Part shown: positions 1 to 11,457 of the stretch, in pieces
Layout of the letters: each line of letters opens with the position of its first letter
How positions within the stretch are numbered: position 1 is the stretch's first letter
DNA from: Heptranchias perlo
Lineage: Eukaryota
DNA: 64,000 nucleotides
NCBI RefSeq assembly: GCF_035084215.1
Contig: NC_090326.1
Span: 156,054,001-156,118,000 of the forward strand
Reading direction: 5' to 3'
The notes under the pieces: generated by a model
Databases searched by the model: none
Told to the model about the DNA's origin: nothing
Seen by the model: only the letters and a program-made list of their open reading frames with translations
Position numbers and translations under genes: made by a program

Positions 1-712
1 CAGTGCTATGGGTGTTGGGCAGGTGCTGATCCTTACTGGGGTCCAGTGCTATGGGTGTTGGGCAGGTGCTGATCCTTACTGGGGTCCAGTGCTATGGGTG
101 TTGGGCAGGTGCTGATCCTTACTGGGGTCCAGTTCTATGGGTGCTGGGCAGGTGCTGACCTCCTACTGGGGTCCAGTACTATGGGTGCTGGGCAGTTGCT
201 GACTCCTACTGGGGTCCAGTACTATGGGTGCTGGGCAGGTGCTGATCCTTACTGGGGTTCAGTTCTATGGGTGCTGGGCAGGTGCTGATCCTTACTGGGG
301 TCCAGTGCTATGGGTGCTGGGCAGGTGCTGATCCTTACTGGGGTCCAGTTCTATGGGTGCTGGGCAGGTGCTGATCCTTACTGGGGTCCAGTTCTATGGT
401 GGCTGATCCTTACTGGGGTCCAGTACTATGGTGGCTGATCCTTACTGGGGTCCAGTACTATGGTGGCTGATCCTTACTGGGGTCCAGTACTATGGGTGCT
501 GGGCAGGTGCTGATCCTTACTGGGGTCCAGTGCTATGGGTGCTGGGCAGGTGCTGATCCTTACTGGGGTCCAGTACTATGGTTGTTGAGCATATGCTGAT
601 CCTTACTGGGGTCCAGTACTATGGGTGCTGGGCAGGTGCTGACTCCTACTGAGGTCCAGCACTATGGGTGACAGGCGAGTGCTGATCCCTACTGGGGTCA
701 AGATCCATGGGC
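1..712. repeat. 43-bp minisatellite (CAGTRCTATGGGTGYTGGGCAGGTGCTGATCCTTACTGGGGTC) with some 32-bp deletion variants; runs off the window start
   Basis: Unit recurs at 1, 44, 87 and onward; shortened units at about 389-485; decays near 660-710. Confidence 0.95.
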
Positions 713-1629
713 AGTCATGCTCTGATATCTTGTCCTACTGACCTTCATTATCTCCTCCCCAGAAAGAGAATAGTCACCAGTTAATCATTAGACAAGTGAC
801 GAGGTTTAAGCCCTTATGAGGCAGACAGGATAGCAGGAACTGCTCACAAGCGGCAATCTGTATCAATGAATTGCCACCATCCTCCTGACTACTCTGTAAA
901 CATACACACACTCTATCCTATTGAAGAGATTCCACTGTTTGGAGGTGTGGAGCTTCAACAGCAGCTGTGTTCATCTCTACAACCCAGCCATGCTATGCAC
1001 CAAGCCCTGGATAACATAGGCACACCTTCCCGTACCCGGTTTCCATGTGATTGCTTCCAGCAGCCGTTGTGCCAAGAGTCAGAGCTTCCTCTTTGGCTCT
1101 TTTTGGGAGACATCTCAGTTCAGGTGGAAGGGCAGCTTGCATTATGCCAGGCCCTCACCTTGATGTTCTAGACATCCACGTGTAGCGCCATGTTCCAGGC
1201 TCATTTGACACCCAGCTGTTTAATCCTCATGTAAGAGGTTTTGCCTCTGACGTGAGGTTTTGTGGGCCTTCAACACATTCTGAAGACGAGGCAGAATTTT
1301 GTATGACAGTAATGTAGCCAAACTAGTGAGTCTGGGTTTAGTGCCACAACACAGGACAGAAACATGCTCTTGCAATCTCAGTAATGGGACATTTCAATAC
1401 TGCTTAAAGGGGGCTTTTCAATGACCAGTACTCCTGTATAAAAGGCAACGTTGCAGAAGGATGGTTATTACTTTCAACTTCTGTTTGGCTGTTGACTCCT
1501 GTTTGAACTATATGGAAAGAACTGGTAGAGATGTTAACTATAACCAACAGTCCAAGGGAGCTGAATAAACACTGTAGAGCTTCCAGAATCTCTTTTTAAT
1601 CCAAAAAATGTTTTAAGTCTTCTCTGATG

Positions 1630-1810
1630 TTTTACGTTATGAAGGGTTTTGATAGGGTGAATAAGGAAAGACTATTTCCTCCGGTTGGTGATCATCAATT
1701 TAAAATTGTCACTACGCGAGTGAGAAGAGAGGCTAGGAGAAATGTCTTTACACACAAGGTTGCTGGAGCATTGTATATTTTTCCACAGGGAGTGGTTGAG
1801 ATCAGGCAAT
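1630..1810 (+). mobile_element. Degraded CR1 LINE 3' fragment
   Basis: Translation MKGFDRVNKERLFP...RRNVFTHKV matches the CR1 ORF2 C-terminus seen elsewhere in the window. Confidence 0.75.
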
Positions 1811-2349
1811 GCATTCATATATTTTTGCAATGAGTTGGGTTGTGTAGACTGCCACTTGTGAGTAGCAGTGGTATTCTGCCTGCCGAGCAAGGGCTTAAAC
1901 TTTGTTACTTGTCTAATGATTAACTGGTGACTATCCCCTTTGTGAGGAGGAGGTAATTAGGTTTTCTTTGTTATTGAGGTGGTTCCAAGTTGATGCTCTT
2001 GGTGATGGTAGATTGGAATTGAGTCAAACTTCTGTGACAAGATGGTGGTAATCTGTTAATTTAGCTAGGCAGATCCACAGTACTCTTGGGGGAAGTGGTA
2101 ATGATCGACCAGCCATCCTAGCTCATTAATGGGATCTGGAAGAGTAGACCCTTGACTCAGGGCTGGGGTTCTTTGGCTTGGCTTTCAGATAATCCTACAA
2201 GCCAATACCCTAACAGGTGGAGTTGTCCTCACTGCCTGGTCAGCTCGAAGCTTGCTAGCGCCTTGTGCTGGTTTTAGCTGATTAACTTGGGAGCCATAAC
2301 CCTTGGTTGTTGGTAAGCTCTCTGAACTTTGGGAAATGGTGTGTGTCTG

Positions 2350-2798
2350 CCGTGGCATAGTGGTAGCACTCTCGCCTCTGAGTCAGAAGATTGTGGGTTC
2401 AAGTCCCACCCCAGAGACTTGAGCACAAAATTTAGACTGATACTCCAGTGCAGTACTGAGGGAGTGCTGCACTGTCAGAGATGCCGTCTTTCAGATGGGA
2501 CGTTAAACCAAGACCCTGCCCATTTCGGGTGGACGTAAAATCCCATGGCATTAGTTTGAAGAAGAGTAGGAGAGTTCTCCCCGATGTCCTGGCCAATATT
2601 TATCCTTCAATCAACATCACTAAAACAGATTATCTGGTCAATATCACATTGCTGTTTGTGGGACCTTGCTGTGCACAAATTGGCTGCTGCGTTTCCTACA
2701 TTACAACAGTGACTACACTTCAAAAAGTACTTCAGTGGCTGTAAAGCACTTTGGGACTTGCTAAGATTGTGAAAGGCTCTATGTATGATCTTTCTTTC
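2350..2798 (+). mobile_element. Full-length tRNA-derived DeuSINE (SacSINE1/AmnSINE1-like)
   Basis: Pol III A box TGGCATAGTGG (2353-2363) and B box GGTTCAAGTCC (2396-2406); Deu-like body (TCCTGGCCAATATTTATCC...GCTGTTTGTGGGA); L2-like tail. Confidence 0.85.
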
Positions 2799-2810
2799 AT
2801 TCTTCATTTC

Positions 2811-3038
2811 ATTTTCAAAAAAGGGGAGAGGGATAAATCCGGCAATTACAGGCCAGTCAGCCCCATGTCGGTCGTGGGGAAACTTCGAGAGGCAATAATC
2901 CGGGACAAAATGAATTGGCACTTGGAAAAAATATGGGCTAATAAATGAAAGTCAGCATGGAATTGTTAAAGGAAAATTGTGTTTAACTAACGTGATTGAG
3001 TTCTTCGATGAAGTAACGGAGAGTGTTGATGAAGGTAG
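2811..3038 (+). mobile_element. Outer CR1 LINE, RT 5' part (interrupted; resumes at about 10254)
   Basis: FKKG...GNYRPVS...QHG...FFDEVTESVDEG, which continues in register with VVDVVYMDFQKAFDKV at about 10260. Confidence 0.9.
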
Positions 3039-3039
3039 A

Positions 3040-5338
3040 TTTTTTTTTTTATTCGTTCATGGGATGTGGGCATCGCTGGCGAGGCCGGCATTTATTGCCC
3101 ATCCCTAATTGCCCTTGAGAAGGTGGTGGTGAGCCCCCTTCTTGAACCGCTGCAGTCCGTGTGATGAAGGTTCTCCCGCAGTGCTGTTTGGAAGGGAGTT
3201 CCAGGATTTTGACCGAGAGACGATGAAGGAACGGCGATATATTTCCAGGTCGGGATGGTGTGTTACTTGGAGGGGAACGTGCAGGTGGTGGTGTTCCCAT
3301 GCGCCTGCTGCCCTTGTTCTTTTAGGTGGTAGAGGTTGCGGGTTTGGGAGGTGCTGTCGAAGAAGACCTGGCGAGTTGCTGCAGTGCATCCTGTGGATGG
3401 TACACACTGTAGCCACATTGTGCCAGTGGTGAAGGGAGTGAATGTTTAGGGCGGTGGATGGGGTACCAATCAAGCAGGCTGCTTTGTCCTGGTTGGTGTC
3501 AAGTTTCTTGAGTGTTGTTGGAGCTGCACTCATCCAGGCAAGTGAAGAGTATTCCATCACACTCCTGACTTGTGCCTTGTAGATGGTGGAAAGGCTTTGG
3601 GGAGTCAGGAGGTGAGTCACTCGCCGCAGAATAACCAGCCTTTGACCTGCTCTTGTAGCCACAGTATTTATGTGGCTGGTCCAGTTAAGTTTCTGGTCAA
3701 TGGTGACCCCCAGGATGTTGATGGTGGGGGATTTGGCGATGGTAATGCCGTTGAATGTCAAGGGGAGGTGGTTAGACTCTCTCTTGTTGGAGATGGTCAT
3801 TGGCTGGCACTTGTCTGGCGCGAATGTTACTTGCCACTTATCAGCCCAAGCCTGGATGTTGTCCAGGTCTTGCTGTATGCGGGCATGGACTGCTTCATTA
3901 TCTGAGGGGTTGCGATTGGAACTGAACACTGTGCAATCATCAGCGCACATCCCCATTTCTGACTTTATGATGGAGGGAAGGTTATTGATGAAGCAGCTGA
4001 AGATGGTTGGGCCTAGGACACTGCCCTGAGGCACTCCTGCAGTAATGTCCTGGGGCTGAGATGATTGGCCTCCAACAACCACTACCATCTTCCTTTGTGC
4101 GAGGTATGACTCCAGCCACTGGAGAGTTTTCCCCCTGATTCCCATTGACTTCAATTTTACCAGGGCTCCTTGGTGCCACACTCGGTCAAATGCTGCCTTG
4201 ATATCAAGTGCAGTTACTCTGTCCTCACCTCTGGAATTCAACTCTTTTGTCCATGTTTGGACCAAGGCTGTAATGAAGTCTGGAGCTGAGTGGTCCTGGC
4301 GGCACCCAAATTGAGCATCGGTGAGCAGATTATTGGTGAGTAAGTGCCGCTTGATAGCACTGTCGACGACACCTTCCATCACTTTGCTGATGATTGAGAG
4401 TAGACTGATGGGGCGGTAATTGGCCGGATTGGATTTGTCCTGCTTTTTGTGAACAAGGCATGCCTGGGCAATTTTCCACATTGTTGGGTAGATGCCAGTG
4501 TTGTAGCTGGAACAGTTTGGCTAGCGGTGCGGATAGTTCTGGAGCACAAGTCTTCAGCAGTAAAGCTGGGGTGTTGTTGGGGCCCATAGCCTTTGCTGTA
4601 TCCAGTGCACTCAGCCGTTTCTTGATATCACGTGGAGTGAATCGAATTGGCTGAAGACTGGCTTCCGTGATGGTGGGGATATCGGGAGGAGGCTGAGATG
4701 GATAACCCACTCGGCACTTCTGGCTGAAGATGGCTGAACTCATGTGCTGGACTCTGCCATCATTGAGGATGGGGATGTTTGCAGAGCCTCCTTCTCCCGT
4801 TAGATGTTTAATAGTCCACCACCATTCACGACTGGGTGTGGCAGGACTGCAGAGCTTTGATCTGATCCATTGTGGAATCGCTTAGCTCTGTCTATAGCAT
4901 GTTGCTTCTGCTGTTTAGCATGCATGTAGTCCTGAGTTGTAGCTTCACCAGGTTGGCACCTCATTTTTCGGTACGCCTGGTGCTGCTCCTGGCATGCTCT
5001 TCTACCCTCCTCATTGAACTAAGGTTGATCCCCTGGCTTGTTGGTAATGGTAGATTGAGGAATATGCTGGGCCATGAGGTTACAGATTGTGCTGGAATAG
5101 AAATCTGCTGCTGCCGATGGCCCACAGCGCCTCATGGATGCCCAGTTTTGAGCTGCTAGATCTGTTCTGAATCTATCCCATTTAGCACTGTGGTAGTGCC
5201 ACACAACAGATTGGATGGTGTCCTCAGTGTGAAGATGTGACTTTGTCTCCACAAGGACTGTGCGGTGGTCACTCCTTCCAATACTGTCATGAACAGATGC
5301 ATCTGCGCCAGGTAGATTGGTGAGGATGAGGTCAAGTA
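3040..5338 (-). mobile_element. LINE family B (CR1/L2-group non-LTR retrotransposon), APE-RT, poly(A) tail; interrupted at 5338, resumes at 10150
   Basis: Poly(A) at 3040-3050; RT ORF 3105-4481; APE motifs DLILTN...SDH in ORF 5019-5357; frameshift near 4500. Confidence 0.92.
3105..4481 (-). pseudogene. LINE family B reverse transcriptase (disrupted ORF2)
   Basis: NYRPISLLS, QFG, LDIKAAFDRV, GVPQGSVLGP, CADD (variant of the Y/FADD motif). Confidence 0.9.
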
Positions 5339-5540
5339 CATAAGAACAGAAGAACATAAGAAATAGGAGCAGGAGTAGGCCAATCGGCCCCTCGAGCCTG
5401 CTCCGCCATTCAATAAGATCATGGCTGATCTGATCCCAACCACAAATCTAAAGAACACAAGAAGTAGGAGCAGGACCCGGCCACTCAGCCCCTGTGCCCT
5501 CTCTGTCACCCACAGGGCTTTGACCGATCCGAACTCAGCT

Positions 5541-6977
5541 TCATGTCCAATTTCCTGCCCGCTCCCCATAACCCCTAATTCCCTTTACTTCTAGGAAACT
5601 GTCTGTTTCTGTTTTAAATTTATCTAATGATGTAGCTTCCACAGCTTCCTGGGGCAGCAAATTCCACAGACCTACCACCCTCTGAATGAAGAAGTTTCTC
5701 CTCATCTCAGTTTTGAAAGAGCAGCCCCTTATTCTAAGATTATGCCCCCTACTTCTAGTTTCACCCATCTTTGGGAACAACCTTAGCGCATCCACCCGAT
5801 CAAGCCCCTTCACAATTTTATATGTTTCAATAAGATCGCCTCTCATTCTTCTGAACTCCAATGAGTAGAGTCCCAATCTACTCAACCTCTCCTCATATGT
5901 CCACCCCCTCATCCCCGGGATTAACCGAGTGAACCTTCTTTGTACTGCCTCGAGAGCAAGTATGTCTTTTCTTAAGTGTGGACACCAAAACTGTATGCAG
6001 TATTCCAGGTGCGGTCTCACCAATACCTTATATAACTGCAGGAATACCTCCCTGTTTTTATATTCTATCCCCCTAGCAATAAAAGCCAACATTCCGTTGG
6101 CCTTCTTGATCACCTGCTGCACCTGCATACTAACTTTTTGATTTTCTTGCACTAGGACCCCCAGATCCCTTTGTACTGCAGTACTTTCCAGTTTCTCACC
6201 ATTAAGATAATAACTTGCTCTCTGATTTTTCCTGCCAAAGTGCATAACCTCACATTTTCCAATATTATATTGCATCTGCCAAATCTCTGCCCACTCACCC
6301 AGCCTGTCTATATCCCCTTGTAGGTTTTTTATGTCCTCCTCACTCTCTACTTTCCCTCCCATCTTTGTATCATCTGCAAATTTTGATATGTTGCACTCGG
6401 TCCCCTCCTCCAAATCGTTAATATAGATTGTAAAGAGTTGGGGACCCAGCACCGACCCCTGTGGAACACCACTGGTTACTGGTTGCCAGTCCGAGAATGA
6501 ACCATTTATCCCAACTCTCTGCTTCCTGTTAGATAACCAATCCTCCACCCATGCCAGAATATTGCCCCCAATCCCGTGATTTTTTATCTTAAGCAATAAT
6601 CTTTTATGTGGCACCTTGTCGAATGCCTTCTGGAAGTCCAAATACACTACGTCCACTGGTTCCCCTTTATCCACCCTGTACGTTATGTCCTCAAAGAACT
6701 CAAGCAAATTTGTCAGACATGACTTCCCTTTCATAAAGCCATGCTGACTTTGTCCTATTAAATTATGCTTATCTAAATGTTCCGTTACTGTCTCCTTGAT
6801 AATAGACTCCAAAATTTTACCCACCACAGATGTTAGGCTAACTGGTCTATAATTTCCAGCCTTCTGCCTACTACCCTTTTTAAATAACGGTGTTACATTA
6901 GCAGTTTTCCAATCTGCCGGGACCTTTCCTGAGTCCAGGGAATTTTGGAAAATTATTACCAAAGCATCCACAATCAT
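5541..6977 (-). pseudogene. CR1-A ORF2, RT and C-terminal domain (open 478-aa segment)
   Basis: GNYRPVSLTS, QHGF, YLDFQKAFDKV, GVPQGSVLGP, FADD, RPHLEY, RRNFF. Confidence 0.95.
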
Positions 6978-8480
6978 ACTGCCACTTCCCTCAAGACCCT
7001 GGGATGTAAGCCATCAGGTCCAGGGGATTTATCCGCTTTGAGTCCCATTATTTTACTGAGTACCAATTCCTTAGTGATTTTATTCGTATTTGGCTCCTCC
7101 CCCCCCCCCCCCTAGAGCCCCTGTTTGTCCAGTGTTGGGATATTCTTAGTGTTCTTTACCGTAAAGACTGAAACAAAATATTTGTTCAGCATTTTTGCCA
7201 TCTCCATGTTTCCCACCATTAATTTCCTGGTCTCGTCCTCTAAGGGACCTACGTTTGCCTTAGCCACCCTTTTTCTTTTTATATAACTATAGAAACTCTT
7301 GCTATCTTTTTTATATTTTTTGCTAATTTCTTTTCATAATCTAACTTCCCTTTCTTAATCAATCCTTTAGTTCCTTTTTGCTGTCTTTTGAAGACTTCCC
7401 AATCTTCTATCCTCCCACTAAGTTTGGCTACCTTATATGTCCTTGTTTTTAGTTTGATACTATCCTTAATTTCTTTACTTAGCCACGGATGGCGGTCATT
7501 TCTTTTACACCCTTTTTTCCTCAGTGGAATATATTTATTTTGAAAGTTGTAAAATAACTCCTTAACTGAACCACTGCTCATGTACCGTCTTACTCTTTAA
7601 TCTATTTTCCCAGTCCACTTTAATCAATTCCGCTCTCATACCATCATGGTCTCCTTTATTCAAGCTCAGTACGCTTGTTTGAGAATCAACCTTCTCACCC
7701 TCTAATTGGATATGGAATTCAACCATGTTGTGGTCACTCATTCCAAGGGGATCCTTAACTAGGACATTATTAATTAATCCTGACTCATTACACAGGACCA
7801 GGTCCAAGGTTGCTTGCCCCCTTGTAGGATCAGTTACATACTGCTCAAGAAATCCATCCCTAATGCACTCAATGAACTCTTCCTCAAGGCTGCCCTGCCC
7901 AATTTGATTTGTCCAGTTAATATGATAGTTAAAATCCCCCATAAGTATAGCTGTTCCCTTGTTACATGCCCTGACTATTTCCTGATTAATACTTCTTCCA
8001 GCAGAGTTGCAACTATTAGGAGGCCTATATTCTACGCCCACTATTGTTTTTTCCCCTTATTATTCCTTATCTCTACCCAAACTGTTTCATTATCTTGATC
8101 CTTTGTCCCAATATCATTTCTCTGTATTAGTGATTCCTTCCTTTATTAACATAGCCACCCCACCTCCCCTTCCTTCCTGCCTGTCCTTCCTGATTGTTAA
8201 ATACCCTGGCATATTTAATTCCCAGTCGTTGTCACCCTGCAGCCATGTTTCTGTAACGGCCACAAGATCATACCCATACGTAGTTATTTGTGCCGTTAAC
8301 TCGTCCATTTTGTTACGAATGCTACGTGCATTCAGATAAAGAACTTTCAAATCTGTTTTGTGACACTTAGTTGCTGCTTTTTCCTTTTTTAACACTATAC
8401 CTATTACTCTATACCTTCTGTCCCTTCCTGATACGCTTTCCTCTGTCTCCCTGCTCAGGTTCCCAACCCCCTGCCACTTT
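6978..8480 (-). pseudogene. CR1-A ORF2 apurinic endonuclease domain and linker, frameshifted
   Basis: YLNARS, VTETWL, RGGGVA (ORF 8114-8647); MGDFN, LDLVL, SDH (ORF 7562-8041); PWLS linker (ORF 7279-7581). Confidence 0.9.
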
Positions 8481-9429
8481 AGTTTAAACCCTCCCCAACA
8501 GCACGAGCAAACACTCCCCCTAGGACAGCGGTCCCGGCCCTGCCCAGGTGCAGACCGTCCGGTTTGTACTGGTCCCACCTCCCTCAGAACCGGTTCCAGT
8601 GTCCCAGGAATTTGAATCCCTCCCCCTTGCACCATTCCTCTCGCCACGTATTCATTTGAAATATCCTCCTATTTCTACTCTGACTAGCACGTGGCACTGG
8701 TAGCAATCCTGAGATTACTACCTTTGAGGTCCTATTTTTAAATTTACCTCCTAACTCCCTATATTCTGCTTTTAGGACCTCATCCCCTTTTTTACCGAAA
8801 TCGTTGGTGCCTATGTGCACCACGACAGCTGGCTGTTCGCCCTCATCCTCCAAAATGTTCTGTAGCTGCTCCGAGACGTCCTTGATCCTTGCACCAGGGA
8901 GGCAACACACCATCCTGGAGTCTCGGTTGCGGCCGCAGAAACGCCTGTCTATTCCCCTTACAATTGAGTCCCCTATCACTATAGCTCTTCCACTCTTTTT
9001 CCTCCCAGCCTGTGCAGCAGAGCCACCCGTGGTGCCAGGAAGTTGGCTGCTGCTGCCTTCCCCTGATAAGTCATCCCCCCCAACAGCATCCAAAGTGGTA
9101 TATCTGTTTGAGAGGGGGATGGCCACAGGGGACCCCTGCACTACCTGCCTGCACCTCTTATTCTTCCTGGTGGTCACCCATTCACTTCCTGCCTGTATAC
9201 CCTTTACCTCCGGTGTGACCAACTCGCTAAACGTGCTATCCACGAGTTTCTCTGCATCGCGGATGCTCCACAGTGAATCCACCCGCAGCTCCAGCTCCGA
9301 GATACGATCGGTCAGTAGCTGCAGGTGGACACACTTCCTGCACACATGGTCGGCAGGGACACTGGTCGTGTCCATGACTTCCCACATCTTGCAGGAGGGG
9401 CATATCACGGGTGCGAGGTCTGCTGCCAT
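8479..9429 (-). pseudogene. CR1-A ORF1: zinc finger, coiled coil and SGNH/GDSL esterase; premature TGA at 8584-8586
   Basis: CPSC...CRKC; IGDS, LPGA and GTND blocks. Reading through the stop gives GRWDQYKPDGLHL...GLN* ending at 8479, which restores the DxxH block. Confidence 0.9.
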
Positions 9430-9703
9430 GACTTGCCTTAGCTTAGTTACCCCTTTTAAATTACGTTGAAATTAGAAAATGTTAACTATACTAGGGACCT
9501 AGGCTCACTAAAAAAAAAAACACTGCCTGCTATAAAACCTGCAGATCTTCCCTTTCTTATTACTTTACTTACAGTAAAATGGTAGAAATACTCACCTGAA
9601 CCTACTCACCAATCAGCTGCCTCCCCTGTGCCGCGTCAATTTCTGACTGGTGACATCACCCCGAACTCTGCCGCTGGTCTCAGAGTCTCGCTCTCAGAGT
9701 AAG

Positions 9704-10146
9704 CTCTGGTCTCTCCGCGCTGTTTATATCCCCGCTCTGGTCTCTGGTCTCGGTGATTCTCCCGCTCTCGGGCCTCGCCTTTTATAATTCCGATCCGATC
9801 CCGCTCTGGTCTCTGGTCTCGGTGATTCTCCCGCTCTCGGGCCTCGCCTTTTATAATTCCGATCCGATCCCGCTCCGGTCTCTGGTCTCGGTGATTCTCC
9901 CGCTCTCGGGCCTCGCCTTTTATCCCTCCGATCCGATCCCGCTCCGGTCTCTGGTCTCGGTGATTCTCCCGCTCTCGGGCCTCGCTTTTTATAATTCCGA
10001 TCCGATCCGATCCCGCTCCGGTCTCTGGTCTCGGTGATTCTCCCGCTCTCGGGCCTCGCCTTTTATAATTCCGATCCGATCCCGCTCCGGTCTCTGGTCT
10101 CGGTGATTCTCCCGCTCTCGGGCCTTGCCTTTTATACCTCCGATCC
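9704..10146 (-). promoter_or_regulatory. CR1-A 5' tandem array: six about 69-bp CpG-rich monomers, five with TATAAAA on the element strand
   Basis: Period 69 (TTTATAATTC at 9781 and 9850); lies at the 5' end of the element. Promoter role is inferred. Confidence 0.7.
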
Positions 10147-10149
10147 CTT

Positions 10150-10253
10150 GGTTTCTCCCATGTGTTGGTTCGCTCACCACCTGCCGCAGGCCCAATCTGG
10201 CAGCTGTGTCCTTCAGGATTCAGCCAGCTCGGTCAGTGGTGGTGCTACCGAGC
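10150..10253 (-). mobile_element. LINE family B, 5'-most fragment (APE region)
   Basis: GLRQVVSEPTHGRN joins LDLILTNL at 5338. Confidence 0.85.
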
Positions 10254-11457
10254 GAAGTAATGTGGTTGATGTTGTGTATATGGACTTTCAAAAGGCATTT
10301 GATAAAGTATCACGTAACAGACTCGTTAGCAAAATTAAAGCCCATGGGATTATAGGGAGAGTGGCAGCGTGGATATAAAATTGGCTAGGGGACAGAAAGC
10401 AGAGAGTAGTGGTGAACAATTTTTTTTCAGACTGGAGGGAAGTATACAGTGGTGTTCCCAGGGGTCAGTATTAGGACCACTGCTCTTTTTGAAATGTATT
10501 AATGACCTCGACTTGGGTATAAAGGGCATAATTTCAAAGTTTGCAGATGACATGAAACTCGGAAATGTAGTAAACAATGTGAAGGATAGTAACAGACTTC
10601 AGGAGGACGTAGACAGACTGGTGAAATGAGCAGACCTATGGCAGATAAAATTTAACGCAGAGAAGTGTGAAGTGATACATTTTGGTCGGAAGAATGAGGA
10701 GACGCAATATAAACTAAATGGTACAATGTTAAAGGAAGTGCAGGAACAGGATGACCGGGGGTTGTATCTACACAAATCTTTGAAGGTAGCAGGACAAGTT
10801 GAGAAGGCTGTTAAAGTATATAGGATCCTGGGCTTTACTAATAGAGGCATAGAATACAAAAGCAAGGATGTTATGCTAAACCTTTACAAAACACTGGTTA
10901 GGCCTCAGCGGGAGTATTGTGTTGTTAAATTCTGGGCACCACACTTTAGGAAGGATGTCAAGGCTGTAGAGAGGGTGCAGAAGAGATTCACTGGAATTGT
11001 GCCAGGGATGAGGGATTTCAGTTATGTGGAGAGATTGGAGAAGCTGGGGTTGTTCTCCTCAGAACAGAGAAGGGGAGATTTGATAGAGGTGTTCAAAATC
11101 ATGAATGGTTTTGATAGAGTAGATAAGGAGAAACTGTTTCCAGTGGTAGAAATATCAGTAACCAGAAGACACAAATTTAAGATGATCAGCAAAAGAGTCA
11201 GAGGTGAAATGAGGAAACATCTTTTTATGCAGTGAGTTGTTATGATCTGGAATACACTGCCTGAAAGGGTGGTGGAAGCAGATTCAATAATAACTTTCAA
11301 AAGGGAATTGGATAAATACTTGAAGGGGGAAAAAAAATACAGGGCTGTGGGGAAAGAGCAGGGGAGTGGGACTAATTGGATAGCTTTTTCAAAGAGCCGG
11401 CACAGGCACGATGGGCCAAATGGCCTCCTCGTGTGCTGTGCCTACTATGATACTATG
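10254..11457 (+). mobile_element. Outer CR1 LINE, RT 3' part and tail
   Basis: DFQKAFDKV, QGSVLGP, FADD, RPQREY, RVQKRFT; CR1 3' tail. Confidence 0.92.

Larger units (their letters stand above)
5339..10147 (-). mobile_element. Full-length, disabled CR1 LINE (family A)
   Basis: 5' tandem array, ORF1, ORF2 (APE plus RT), and a 3' tail ending in TTCTTATG-type microrepeats. Confidence 0.95.

Noticed and set aside
1-712. CRISPR-like periodicity (also 9704-10146 and 63001-64000)
   Set aside because: Head-to-tail repeats without unique spacers, no cas genes, vertebrate context
2350-2420. Possible tRNA gene (A and B boxes; also 50605-50670)
   Set aside because: Continues directly into a SINE body, with no complete cloverleaf or terminator
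8804-9469. 221-aa plus-strand ORF
   Set aside because: Antisense shadow of CR1 ORF1
5339-10147. Active autonomous CR1
   Set aside because: ORF1 nonsense codon and several ORF2 frameshifts as assembled
9753-10378. ORFs with a 23-aa repeat
   Set aside because: Antisense reading of the 69-bp CR1 5' monomers
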